Part shown: piece after piece, positions 48,567 through 57,095 of the stretch | How positions within the stretch are numbered: the stretch's first letter is position 1 | Layout of the letters: each line of letters starts with the position of its first letter | Assembly: GCA_002327585.1 (NCBI GenBank) | Contig: DCWL01000006.1 | Location: 28,302 to 92,301, forward strand | Length of the DNA stretch: 64,000 bases | Origin: Candidatus Phycocordibacter aenigmaticus | Lineage (GTDB): Bacteria; Patescibacteriota; Minisyncoccia; Phycocordibacterales; UBA2163 | Direction of reading: 5' to 3' | Translations under genes and position numbers: made by a program | Notes under the pieces: generated by a model | Told to the model about the DNA's origin: nothing | The model's database searches: none | The model's input: the letters and a program-made list of their open reading frames with translations, nothing else

Positions 48567-50096
48567 ATGTCACTAAAAATAGTATTTGCACTTCTTGCAG
48601 TTGCGGGAGTGACTGGAATTGCATTCGGGTATTTCCTGCGATGGGTTGTTTCTCTTGGAAGGCGCGGATCCATGGAACTTGAGATTAAGCAGAAAATGCT
48701 TGAAGCCAAAGAAGACGCCAAGCGCATCACAACAAGCGCTGAGGTGAAAGCAAAGGAGACCGTGCAAGAGATCGGGATAGAACTTAAGGAAAAGGAAAGT
48801 CAAATAAAAAAGAGTGAGGATAGACTTATTAAGAAAGAGGAATTTTTAGACAAGAGACAGCTTGATGTTGACAAAGAAGCCGAGGACATCAAGAAGAAGA
48901 TAGAGGAAGTAAAGATTGTAAAGGAGAAAGTGGACGAGCTTGATGTACAAAAGCAGAAAGAGCTTGAGAAGATTTCAAAATTTACAAACGAAGAGGCAAA
49001 AAAAGAGATATTAAAAACAGCTGAGAAACAATATGAAGAGGATATTTTGGCGAGAATCCAGAAGCTTGAATCTCTTGGTAAAGAAAAGATTGAACAACAA
49101 GCAAGTAAGATGCTCGCATCTGCGATTCAACGTCTCGGTAGCGCCGTCCCCTCTGACGTGATGTCAACAAATATAAATCTGCCGTCAGATGAAATAAAAG
49201 GTAAGATTATTGGTAAGGAAGGAAGAAATATAAAAGCATTTGAAAAAGCAACAGGTGTTGATGTTATTATTGATGATACACCAGGAGCCATTACACTCTC
49301 TTCTTTTGATCCTGTCAGACGACAAATTGCGCGCGTTGCGCTTGAGATGTTGATAATAGACGGAAGAATACAGCCGGCAAAGATTGAGGAGGTTGTGGAG
49401 AAGGCGAAAGAGGAAGTTAATAGGGTTATAAAAGAGAAAGGCGAGCAGGCTGTTTATGAATGTGGTGTATTTAACCTAGATCCCCGAGTAGTTTCTATAT
49501 TAGGGAGGCTCTTTTTCAGAACAAGCTATGGACAGAATGTTCTTCAACATTCGATTGAGATGTCGCATATTGCAGGAATGCTTGCACAAGAACTTAAAGT
49601 TGATGTTGCCGTTGCAAAAGCCGGCGCGCTCTTACATGACATTGGGAAAGCCGTTGACCACGAGGTGCAGGGCACACATGTTGAGATAGGAAGAAGAATT
49701 TTACAAAAGCTTGGCGTAAGTGAGGATATTATAAAAGCGATGCAGTCGCATCATGAAGAATATCCTTATGAAACAGTTGAATCAATTATTGTACAGGTTG
49801 CCGATAGTATTTCAGGGAGCAGGCCGGGCGCGAGAAGGGATTCTGTAGAGAATTATCTCAAGCGTCTTGAAGAGCTTGAAGCAATAGCAAATGCACATAA
49901 AGGAGTTGAAAAATCATACGCAATTGCTGCAGGGAGAGAAATACGAGTATTTGTAACACCTGAGAAGATAACAGATTTAGAGGCGAAAAATATGGCAAGA
50001 GATATTGCACTTCAGATAGAAAGAGAGCTTAAGTATCCAGGAGAGATCAAAGTGAATGTGATTAGAGAAATGAGATCAACGGAATACGCACGATAA
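48567..50096 (+). CDS. rny: ribonuclease Y
   Basis: N-terminal TM, coiled coil, KH (KGKIIGKEGRNI), HD (LLHDIGK), SRPGARR. Confidence 0.96.
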   Translation: MSLKIVFALLAVAGVTGIAFGYFLRWVVSLGRRGSMELEIKQKMLEAKEDAKRITTSAEVKAKETVQEIGIELKEKESQIKKSEDRLIKKEEFLDKRQLDVDKEAEDIKKKIEEVKIVKEKVDELDVQKQKELEKISKFTNEEAKKEILKTAEKQYEEDILARIQKLESLGKEKIEQQASKMLASAIQRLGSAVPSDVMSTNINLPSDEIKGKIIGKEGRNIKAFEKATGVDVIIDDTPGAITLSSFDPVRRQIARVALEMLIIDGRIQPAKIEEVVEKAKEEVNRVIKEKGEQAVYECGVFNLDPRVVSILGRLFFRTSYGQNVLQHSIEMSHIAGMLAQELKVDVAVAKAGALLHDIGKAVDHEVQGTHVEIGRRILQKLGVSEDIIKAMQSHHEEYPYETVESIIVQVADSISGSRPGARRDSVENYLKRLEELEAIANAHKGVEKSYAIAAGREIRVFVTPEKITDLEAKNMARDIALQIERELKYPGEIKVNVIREMRSTEYAR

Positions 50097-50258
50097 ATCA
50101 GTTATACACAGGTTTTTTTCAGGGTATTGCGTAAATAGTGGCTTAATATATAATGTTGAGAGCTTCCAAAACTGCGGTTTAGGGCTTGTTAGCCGAATCG
50201 CTGTAGGAACGGACGTATATACGGTCGACTTTTAACAAGTATTTAACAAAAAATCAAA

Positions 50259-50531
50259 ATGAACAAAGCATCTATAGCTGATAAAGTTCATGAAATGCTT
50301 GGAGGAACAAAAGCTCAAGCAGAGAGAGCGGTTGATTTGGTTGTCGATTCTATTATTGAAGGGCTTAAAAACGGTCAGGAAGTGTCAATTGCAGGACTTG
50401 GAATTTTTTCAACAAAAATGCGCGCAGCGCGCCAGGGCCGAAACCCTCGCACAGGAGAAAGCATCCAAATTCAGGCAATGAGGATTCCTAAGTTCCGGGC
50501 AGCAAAAGCTCTTAAGGACGCAGTTAAATAA
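50259..50531 (+). CDS. hup: DNA-binding protein HU
   Basis: MNKA, GLGIF, RAARQGRNPRTGE, PKFRAAKALKDAV. Confidence 0.96.
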   Translation: MNKASIADKVHEMLGGTKAQAERAVDLVVDSIIEGLKNGQEVSIAGLGIFSTKMRAARQGRNPRTGESIQIQAMRIPKFRAAKALKDAVK

Positions 50532-50552
50532 ATAACAGGTTTTTCTCTAGAG

Positions 50553-50586
50553 AAAACAACCCCAACGTGACGTTGGGGTTGTTTTT
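50553..50586. terminator. terminator after hup
   Basis: AAAACAACCCCAACG-TGA-CGTTGGGGTTGTTTT. Confidence 0.8.
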
Positions 50587-50606
50587 TGTTACTATTCAAA
50601 AACAAT

Positions 50607-50677
50607 GCGGGATTAGTTAAATGGTATAATATCAGTTTTCCAAACTGAGGTTGGGAGTTCGATTCTCCCATCCCGCA
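50607..50677 (+). tRNA. tRNA-Gly(TCC)
   Basis: GCGGGAT...ATCCCGC; TCAGT-TTTCCAA-ACTGA. Confidence 0.93.
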
Positions 50678-50683
50678 CACAAG

Positions 50684-50718
50684 AACAAACCCCTCCGCCT
50701 GTGGCGGAGGGGTTTGTT
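50684..50718. terminator. bidirectional terminator
   Basis: AACAAACCCCTCCGCC-TGT-GGCGGAGGGGTTTGTT perfect 16-bp stem. Confidence 0.8.
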
Positions 50719-50723
50719 GCTAA

Positions 50724-50843
50724 TTACTCAGTTGCTTCTGTAGCATCCCCCTCTGTCCCCTCTGTTTCTGGAGCAGCTGTAGGGTTTACTGAGGGAGTTT
50801 CTCCCTCAGTTCCTTCAGGAGCATTTGGATTCATTTCATCCAT
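50724..50843 (-). CDS. 39-aa acidic low-complexity peptide (not in ORF track)
   Basis: MDEMNPNAPEGTEGETPSVNPTAAPETEGTEGDATEATE; own TTGACA-16-TATACT promoter and terminator. Confidence 0.6.
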   Translation of the reverse strand: MDEMNPNAPEGTEGETPSVNPTAAPETEGTEGDATEATE

Positions 50844-51029
50844 AATGTTTTTATTTAAAGCTTCAAGTCATTTTTAAGGTGAATTCAAGCTTACTTGTAA
50901 TTAAACAAAAACTTGGAATTAACCAAGTTTCTATTAAATGTAGTATACATGAATAGAAACATTTGTCAATACTAAGCAATAATTATCTATTATTGTCAAT
51001 TTAGGGCTATATAATGTTATAATACGAGA

Positions 51030-52187
51030 ATGAAAGCCTTTATTTTATTAATACTTATAGGTATTGTTGTTTTCTTTGGGACATCAAAGTCTTCTGTGCG
51101 TGATGTTGCAGAATTTAAGCAAGAGCCGGAGTTTGTATTTGATGAAGAAAATGAACTTGAATTGTTAGAGAGTTCTTCAAAATCTGAAATAGAAATAAAA
51201 GAAGAAGAAATTATTGTAGTTGAAGAAGTGCAAGAGATAATTGTAGAAATTCCAGAAGTTATTTCTCTACCTGACAGCACTCAGGAGAATGTTGTAAAGC
51301 TTGTTGTTCCAAAGAAGGAGGAGAAACCAAAGATACTATTTAAGGATATCAATATAAGTACAAGAGAAGCACTTGTAAATATTTTCTGTACGACAAAATT
51401 TGGAGGATTATTCAAGCCGATTACTGGAAGCGGGATTGTAATAGATGAAAAAGGTATAATTCTTACAAATGCACATATTGCACAGTACTTTTTACTGAAA
51501 GATTATCTGACAGAAGATTTTGTTGACTGTGTTGTACGTAAAGGAAGTCCAGCAAAGCCACAATATAAAGCGGTTCCAATTTTCATATCGCCGTCGTGGA
51601 TAGAAAATAATGCCAAAAACATCAGAGAACAATCTCCCACAGGAACTGGAGAAGATGATTACGCGCTGATTCTTATAAATAAACATGTAAATCCGGAAAA
51701 AAATATTCCAGAATCTTTTTCTTTTATTTCTCCTGAATACGACAGTGAAAAAATAAAAATTAACGATACAGTTTTACTTGCAGCTTATCCCGCTGGGTTT
51801 TTAGGAGGCATATCAATACAAAAAGATTTATATTTAAGCTCGACTGTCACAAAAATTATGGAGTTGTTCACTTTTAAAGAAAGTACGTTGGACGTTTTTT
51901 CAATTGGAGGAAGCATTGTGGCTCAGCAGGGATCATCTGGAGGTGCTGTGGTTAATGGAGAGAATAAATTACTTGGCATTATTGTAACGAGTTCTACCGC
52001 TGAAACAACGCAGGATCGCGATCTGCGCGCTATCACAATTTCGCACATAAACAGGAGTTTTATTAAAGATGTGGGGTTTGACCTACAGACGATATTTAGT
52101 GGAGATGTTGCCGCAGAAGCCGAAGCATTCAACAAAAACATAGCACCAATACTTACGCAGTTTTTAGAGAATGAGTTAGATAAATAG
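51030..52187 (+). CDS. membrane-anchored trypsin-like serine protease
   Basis: GSGIVI, LTNAHI, DYALI, QGSSGG catalytic triad. Confidence 0.88.
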   Translation: MKAFILLILIGIVVFFGTSKSSVRDVAEFKQEPEFVFDEENELELLESSSKSEIEIKEEEIIVVEEVQEIIVEIPEVISLPDSTQENVVKLVVPKKEEKPKILFKDINISTREALVNIFCTTKFGGLFKPITGSGIVIDEKGIILTNAHIAQYFLLKDYLTEDFVDCVVRKGSPAKPQYKAVPIFISPSWIENNAKNIREQSPTGTGEDDYALILINKHVNPEKNIPESFSFISPEYDSEKIKINDTVLLAAYPAGFLGGISIQKDLYLSSTVTKIMELFTFKESTLDVFSIGGSIVAQQGSSGGAVVNGENKLLGIIVTSSTAETTQDRDLRAITISHINRSFIKDVGFDLQTIFSGDVAAEAEAFNKNIAPILTQFLENELDK

Positions 52188-52189
52188 TT

Positions 52190-53254
52190 TTATTTTGCTA
52201 TAAAAATTTTCTGTGTAGGATAAGCAAACTCAATCCCCTCTTTTTCAAAAGCTTCCATAAGGAAGAGATTGAATTTCTCTCTCGTGTCCATATATGTATT
52301 GTAGTCCCCCGTCGTTATATGATAAACAATTTCAAAATTTAAAGAGAAATCACCAAACTCTTTAAAATGAATTCTGTCCAACTCTACATTTTGTAGAGAT
52401 TTAAAAATATTTTTTATAATCTCTTTTACTTTTTTAATTTTCTCTACAGGGGTTTCATAAAGAATTCCAAAAGATGAAACAATTCTTCTCTTTTTCATTT
52501 TCTTGAAATTCTGGATCTGCGCGCCGGTAAGTTCATTATTAGAAATTATAATTTCTTCTCCTTGAAGTGCTCTTATGCGGGTTGTCTTAATGCCTATTTT
52601 CTCAACAGTCCCCATATACTCGCCGGCGACTATAAAATCCCCAACTGAAAAAGGCTTGTCAAAATAAATTGCAAACGAACTGAAAAGATCAGATAAAATA
52701 TTCTGCATCGCAAATGCAACTGCAATACCTCCGATGCCGAGCCCTGCAATAAGTGATGTGACGTCAATACCTAAGTTTGAAAATATTAAAAGAAGACCTA
52801 TTATCCAGAGCAGAAACTTCGCAATCATGTTTATATAACCAATAGCCGCCTTTGCACTTTTGTTTTCTTCTTTAGCAAATTTTTTGCTTAGTATGTAGTT
52901 AATAAGAATCTGAATTCCAGCGATGACTTGATACACAATCCATACGACTAAAATACCGTTTATAATTTTTACCGTAAGTATGCCCAAAGCTAGAAACTTA
53001 ACTGCAAAGTAAAATGCCACAAACCAATAAAATGGAGGCTTTAAGCTTTTTACAATTGAAATTAAAGTGTCGTCAATGTCGGTCTTGGTTTTCTGAGCAA
53101 GTTTCTCTAATCGCCTTAATATGACATATTGGATAATCTTGAAGACAATTAAAAGGACTATAAATAAAGCTATTGCTTTTGCATATTCAAGCACAGAATT
53201 ACCAAAATATTCAGCCCCGAAATTGATATTTTCTATAAAATTAGTCATTGACAT
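52190..53254 (-). CDS. small-conductance mechanosensitive channel (MscS family)
   Basis: AGLGIGGIAVAFA, DKPFSVGD, GTVEKIGIKTT, GIEFAYPT. Confidence 0.94.
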   Translation of the reverse strand: MSMTNFIENINFGAEYFGNSVLEYAKAIALFIVLLIVFKIIQYVILRRLEKLAQKTKTDIDDTLISIVKSLKPPFYWFVAFYFAVKFLALGILTVKIINGILVVWIVYQVIAGIQILINYILSKKFAKEENKSAKAAIGYINMIAKFLLWIIGLLLIFSNLGIDVTSLIAGLGIGGIAVAFAMQNILSDLFSSFAIYFDKPFSVGDFIVAGEYMGTVEKIGIKTTRIRALQGEEIIISNNELTGAQIQNFKKMKKRRIVSSFGILYETPVEKIKKVKEIIKNIFKSLQNVELDRIHFKEFGDFSLNFEIVYHITTGDYNTYMDTREKFNLFLMEAFEKEGIEFAYPTQKIFIAK

Positions 53255-53272
53255 AGTTTACATTATATTGCT

Positions 53273-53536
53273 TTATTTTGCAAGGATCTTTTTCTCATAC
53301 TCTGGGAAATATGTGGATATTTGTTTTAAGTTGAATTTCTTAAGTATTGCTTCTTTTGGTTCTTTATCAAGAAGAAATTCAAATGACTTTCGGACTAGTT
53401 CACTGGGTTTGACCTCGCGGCTAGTAAGTTTCTCCCAATATTCCCTATCAACCGTCACTTCGTAGCACATACCTTCAATCTCTACACTAAATACCCATTT
53501 CTCTTCAGATTCACTTTTTATTTCTACATTTGTCAT
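53273..53536 (-). CDS. conserved hypothetical protein
   Basis: LVRKSFEFLLDKEPKEAIL..F.L..I..YFPEYE pattern; start trimmed to ATG 53536. Confidence 0.7.
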   Translation of the reverse strand: MTNVEIKSESEEKWVFSVEIEGMCYEVTVDREYWEKLTSREVKPSELVRKSFEFLLDKEPKEAILKKFNLKQISTYFPEYEKKILAK

Positions 53537-53682
53537 ACCTCTAATTCTCTCATAGGTGTGGATAAATGGGAAATTTGACAATATATTATAGAATATGTTA
53601 CGATACAGCCTCGTTGTTCTTTATAGCTACATACGGCTAGCCACAGCCACATTTAACTTTTTTACAATGAAAGGGGTTTTGA

Positions 53683-54204
53683 ATGACTTCACGAACAGAT
53701 AAAAAAAAGATTTTAACTGTCGGTTTTTCCGACAATGAAAAGCAAATATTAGACGCTTCCAATGCCGGTAGGTTTGATATTACTCACGAGAGTAATACAA
53801 AAGACGGCCTGGAGAGCATCTCAAACGCGACCGTGTTTGATGCTTTATTTGTAAAGGACGGAGCATGGCCTGCCATAGAAGGCAGAAGTGCTATAGATGG
53901 TAGAGATCTGCTTAAACAAATGTCAGAGATACCTAAACTTCTTACAATAGCTATCGAAGACAGTATGTTTATAGGTATTGCCCATCCGGAATGTGGCAAA
54001 AAACCTGTTGTTCAAAACCTGAAAGATCTAGAAAGTATCAGGAATGTGGAGAGGATTACCGCATTAGATATTAGTACAAACAAAGATTTAAAAGCTTTAT
54101 TTAGTACGGTGGTTGAGAATATTATCAATGAAGAGTCATTAGTAAAAGAAGATTCGGCCGGGAAAACAGAAGATGTAAAAAACGCAGCATTTCTGACTTC
54201 CTAA
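53683..54204 (+). CDS. orphan protein with degenerate receiver-like fold (SD-led cassette)
   Basis: KILTVG...DGLESI...FDALFVKD...P...DGRDLL; promoter, boxA-like, AAAGGGG SD, terminator 54277-54308. Confidence 0.7.
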   Translation: MTSRTDKKKILTVGFSDNEKQILDASNAGRFDITHESNTKDGLESISNATVFDALFVKDGAWPAIEGRSAIDGRDLLKQMSEIPKLLTIAIEDSMFIGIAHPECGKKPVVQNLKDLESIRNVERITALDISTNKDLKALFSTVVENIINEESLVKEDSAGKTEDVKNAAFLTS

Positions 54205-54325
54205 TCCTAATTTAGATGTAGTAGAAGTAAAAACTAATTAATTTAAAGGCTTGTGGCTAAGCTATGTAGTTGGTATACCCCCAAAACCTTTGGTTTCGGG
54301 GGTTTTTATTGTATAGTAAATCAAT

Positions 54326-54396
54326 CGGGGTGTAGCATAGTGGTAGTGTACTCGGTTTGGGACCGAGCGGTCCGGGTTCGATTCCCGGCTCCCCGA
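54326..54396 (+). tRNA. tRNA-Pro(TGG)
   Basis: CGGGGTG...CTCCCCG-A; CTCGG-TTTGGGA-CCGAG. Confidence 0.92.
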
Positions 54397-54412
54397 ATTT
54401 TCTAAAGGACAT

Positions 54413-54835
54413 TTATATAACTATATCTTCTAAAAATCCCACTCTCACCTTTTTATTCTTTATATCAAGATAAATTATAATCACATCAAACCACCACTAT
54501 ATGCCATCACCTGCCTTTTCAAGTAAGTATGTCCGTATAGTTCTTAATAATAGCTTTAATTTCTATTAATGTGCTTTATCTTCCGGTCTACAGCTATCTG
54601 TTTCATGAATAACATTATCTAATTTTCCACATAACATAGTTTTTACTTCAATAAAGTGTAAAAGCTTATCTTTTTAGTAATTATACCAATTTCTCCCTAT
54701 TTTTTTCAATAATTTCATTCAATAATCTTAAACCTTTGTTTCACGAGAAACCTATATGCTATATTTTCATTAATTTCTCTAATTTACTGCTTTTTTTATT
54801 TCAATTCCTATTGATATATGTTATTTATGAAACAT
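54413..54835 (-). pseudogene. yraN: yraN (UPF0102) pseudogene
   Basis: Manual translation gives IAYRFLVKQ..KII, GEIGII, LHFIEVKT, RPED, FDVI with several in-frame stops and frameshifts. Confidence 0.75.
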
Positions 54836-54861
54836 AATATAATAAAGTTTCATGTGAAACT
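54599..54861. promoter_or_regulatory. cluster of parS-like palindromes
   Basis: TGTTTCACGAGAAACC 54737, AGTTTCATGTGAAACT 54846, weaker copies at 54599 and 54819 versus consensus TGTTTCACGTGAAACA. Confidence 0.7.
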
Positions 54862-55092
54862 ATTTTAAGTGTTATGAACAGGATGTATTACTTAACCTTT
54901 GAGTAACAAATATCCTTATTTTAAGTCATATTTTTAGAAAAGGACGTTATAATTAACTATTTATTAAAAATGTCTTTTATACACATATTCACAGTTTTAT
55001 CCACAATTTTACATGAAAATATCCTTATTTTTCGTAATTTTTAAAAAATCTTAAAGACAAAACTACAAAAATTATTAACGTTATTGATAGTG

Positions 55093-55163
55093 TGCGGATA
55101 GAGGGAATTGAACCCTCGTCTCATCCTTGGCAAGGACGTATTCTACCACTAAACTATACCCGC
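55093..55163 (-). tRNA. tRNA-Gly(GCC)
   Basis: CGTCC-TTGCCAA-GGATG anticodon arm. Confidence 0.92.
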
Positions 55164-55166
55164 ATA

Positions 55167-55238
55167 CGCGCCCGCCAGGACTCGAACCCAGAACGGCTGG
55201 TCCGAAGCCAGCTGTGATATCCATTTCACCACGAGCGC
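55167..55238 (-). tRNA. tRNA-Arg(TCG)
   Basis: GCTGG-CTTCGGA-CCAGC anticodon arm. Confidence 0.92.
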
Positions 55239-55302
55239 AATAAAGATATTATACAATTTTATTGGCATAAATACAAAACATGAAGTAGAATAAATATAAA
55301 TA

Positions 55303-56778
55303 ATGAACAAGATTAAATTAAACATTCCAAAAGAGGTTTCACAGGTAACAAAATCGCTAGAAAACGCAGGTTTTGAGTCATATATTGTGGGAGGATGTGT
55401 GAGAGACCTCTTGAGAGGCAAAATTCCAAAAGATTGGGATATTACAACAAATGCGACACCCGAGAGAATAAAAAAACTATTTGACAACACATTTTACAAT
55501 AATGATTACGGAACAGTAGGTGTTGTGAATGAGGGTACAGAGGATGAAACTCTTAAAGTGATTGAAGTAACACCATATCGTCTTGAATCAGAATATTCAG
55601 ACGCCAGAAGACCAGATTCTGTGGAATTCAGCCATTCTTTAGAACATGACCTGCATAGGCGTGACTTTACAATAAATGCGATCGCATACAGTCTTTCTAA
55701 AGAACATATCGTTGATCTTTATAAAGGACAAGGAGATATAGAGAAGGGAATTGTGCGCGCAGTTGGAGATCCAGATATAAGATTTAATGAAGATGCTTTG
55801 AGAATATTACGTGCTATAAGGATTTCAGCGGAGTTAGGTTTTAAAATAGAGGAGAAAACTAAAAAAGCAATTAAAAATGATGCTAGAATGATAGTTAAAA
55901 TTGCCAAAGAGCGAATTAGAGATGAGTTTATAAGGATTATTATGTCAGATAAGCCTATGGAAGGCCTTGAATTAGCCCATGAATTGGGGGTTTTAAGCTT
56001 TATAATACCTGAACTTGAAGAAGGGTTTGACGTGAAACAAAATCAGGCTCATTCCTACACAGTTTGGGAGCATTCTCTTAGATCAGTTCAGCATTCATCT
56101 GAAAAGGGATGGCCTCTTGAGATACGTTTGGCGGCTTTGTTTCATGATATAGGAAAACCAGCAACAAGTAGGTGGTCTGACGAAAAGCAGGATTGGACGT
56201 TTCATGGGCATGATGTTGTCGGCGGCAGGATGACTAAGAAAATACTGACTGATTTGAAGTTTCCCAACAAACAAGTGGATAAAATAACAAAATTGGTCCG
56301 CTGGCACTTGTTTTTCTCTGATACTGAGAAAATAACACTCTCTGCCGTCCGCAGGATGATACGAAACGTGGGGGAAGATAATATATGGGATCTAATGGAT
56401 TTGCGTGTCAGCGACAGAATAGGAACAGGAAGGCCAAAAGCTCATCCATATCGCCTACGCAAATATAAATCTATGGTTGAGGAGGCACTACGAGACCCAA
56501 TATCTGTAATGATGCTTAAAATTAATGGCAGAAGAGTTATGGAAATTACAGAAGAGAAACCGGGACCTAAAATAGGATATATTCTACACGCTCTTTTGGA
56601 GGAAGTTTTGGATAATCCGAAGCTCAATACTGCCGAATATTTAGAGGAAAAGACTAGAAAACTTATTAAATTAAGTGAGAGTGAGCTCAAAAAAATTGGA
56701 GAAAAAGGAAAATTAAAAAAAGGCGAAATAGAAGGAAAAGAAGTTGAAAAAGTAAGAGATAGGCATTATGTGAAATAA
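55303..56778 (+). CDS. cca: CCA tRNA nucleotidyltransferase with HD domain
   Basis: VGGCVRD, DWDITT, RRDFTINA, EDALRILR, ERI, FHDIGK. Confidence 0.92.
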   Translation: MNKIKLNIPKEVSQVTKSLENAGFESYIVGGCVRDLLRGKIPKDWDITTNATPERIKKLFDNTFYNNDYGTVGVVNEGTEDETLKVIEVTPYRLESEYSDARRPDSVEFSHSLEHDLHRRDFTINAIAYSLSKEHIVDLYKGQGDIEKGIVRAVGDPDIRFNEDALRILRAIRISAELGFKIEEKTKKAIKNDARMIVKIAKERIRDEFIRIIMSDKPMEGLELAHELGVLSFIIPELEEGFDVKQNQAHSYTVWEHSLRSVQHSSEKGWPLEIRLAALFHDIGKPATSRWSDEKQDWTFHGHDVVGGRMTKKILTDLKFPNKQVDKITKLVRWHLFFSDTEKITLSAVRRMIRNVGEDNIWDLMDLRVSDRIGTGRPKAHPYRLRKYKSMVEEALRDPISVMMLKINGRRVMEITEEKPGPKIGYILHALLEEVLDNPKLNTAEYLEEKTRKLIKLSESELKKIGEKGKLKKGEIEGKEVEKVRDRHYVK

Positions 56779-57005
56779 AAAAATCCACCATAGAGCTTAA
56801 AGTGGAGTTATGTAAGCATAATAGTGGATTTCTAGGAGAAACCGAGAGAGATGAGAGAAGGCCGTAAAATGAGTTTGATATAAGTTATATGCGTGTATTA
56901 AATATCTCTTTATACAAAAATTTAATAAGATTGCAGATAAAAATACTTAACAGTCATACCACTAAATTCAAACTACCTGATTGTGTAAAGAACCACTAAT
57001 CCACT
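56777..57005 (-). ncRNA. candidate sRNA with boxA-like element and CU-rich anti-SD tract
   Basis: TATAAT at 57012-57007, GGTTCTTTACAC, 5'/3' complementary AGTGGATT/AATCCACT, terminator-like hairpin; no ORF longer than 11 aa seen. Confidence 0.4.
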
Positions 57006-57095
57006 TATTATAATACTTCCTATAAAGGACATTTGTAAAGGACATTTATGTGGATAACTTTTCAACAAGCTTAGAGTAAGTTTTAAAAATATCTT

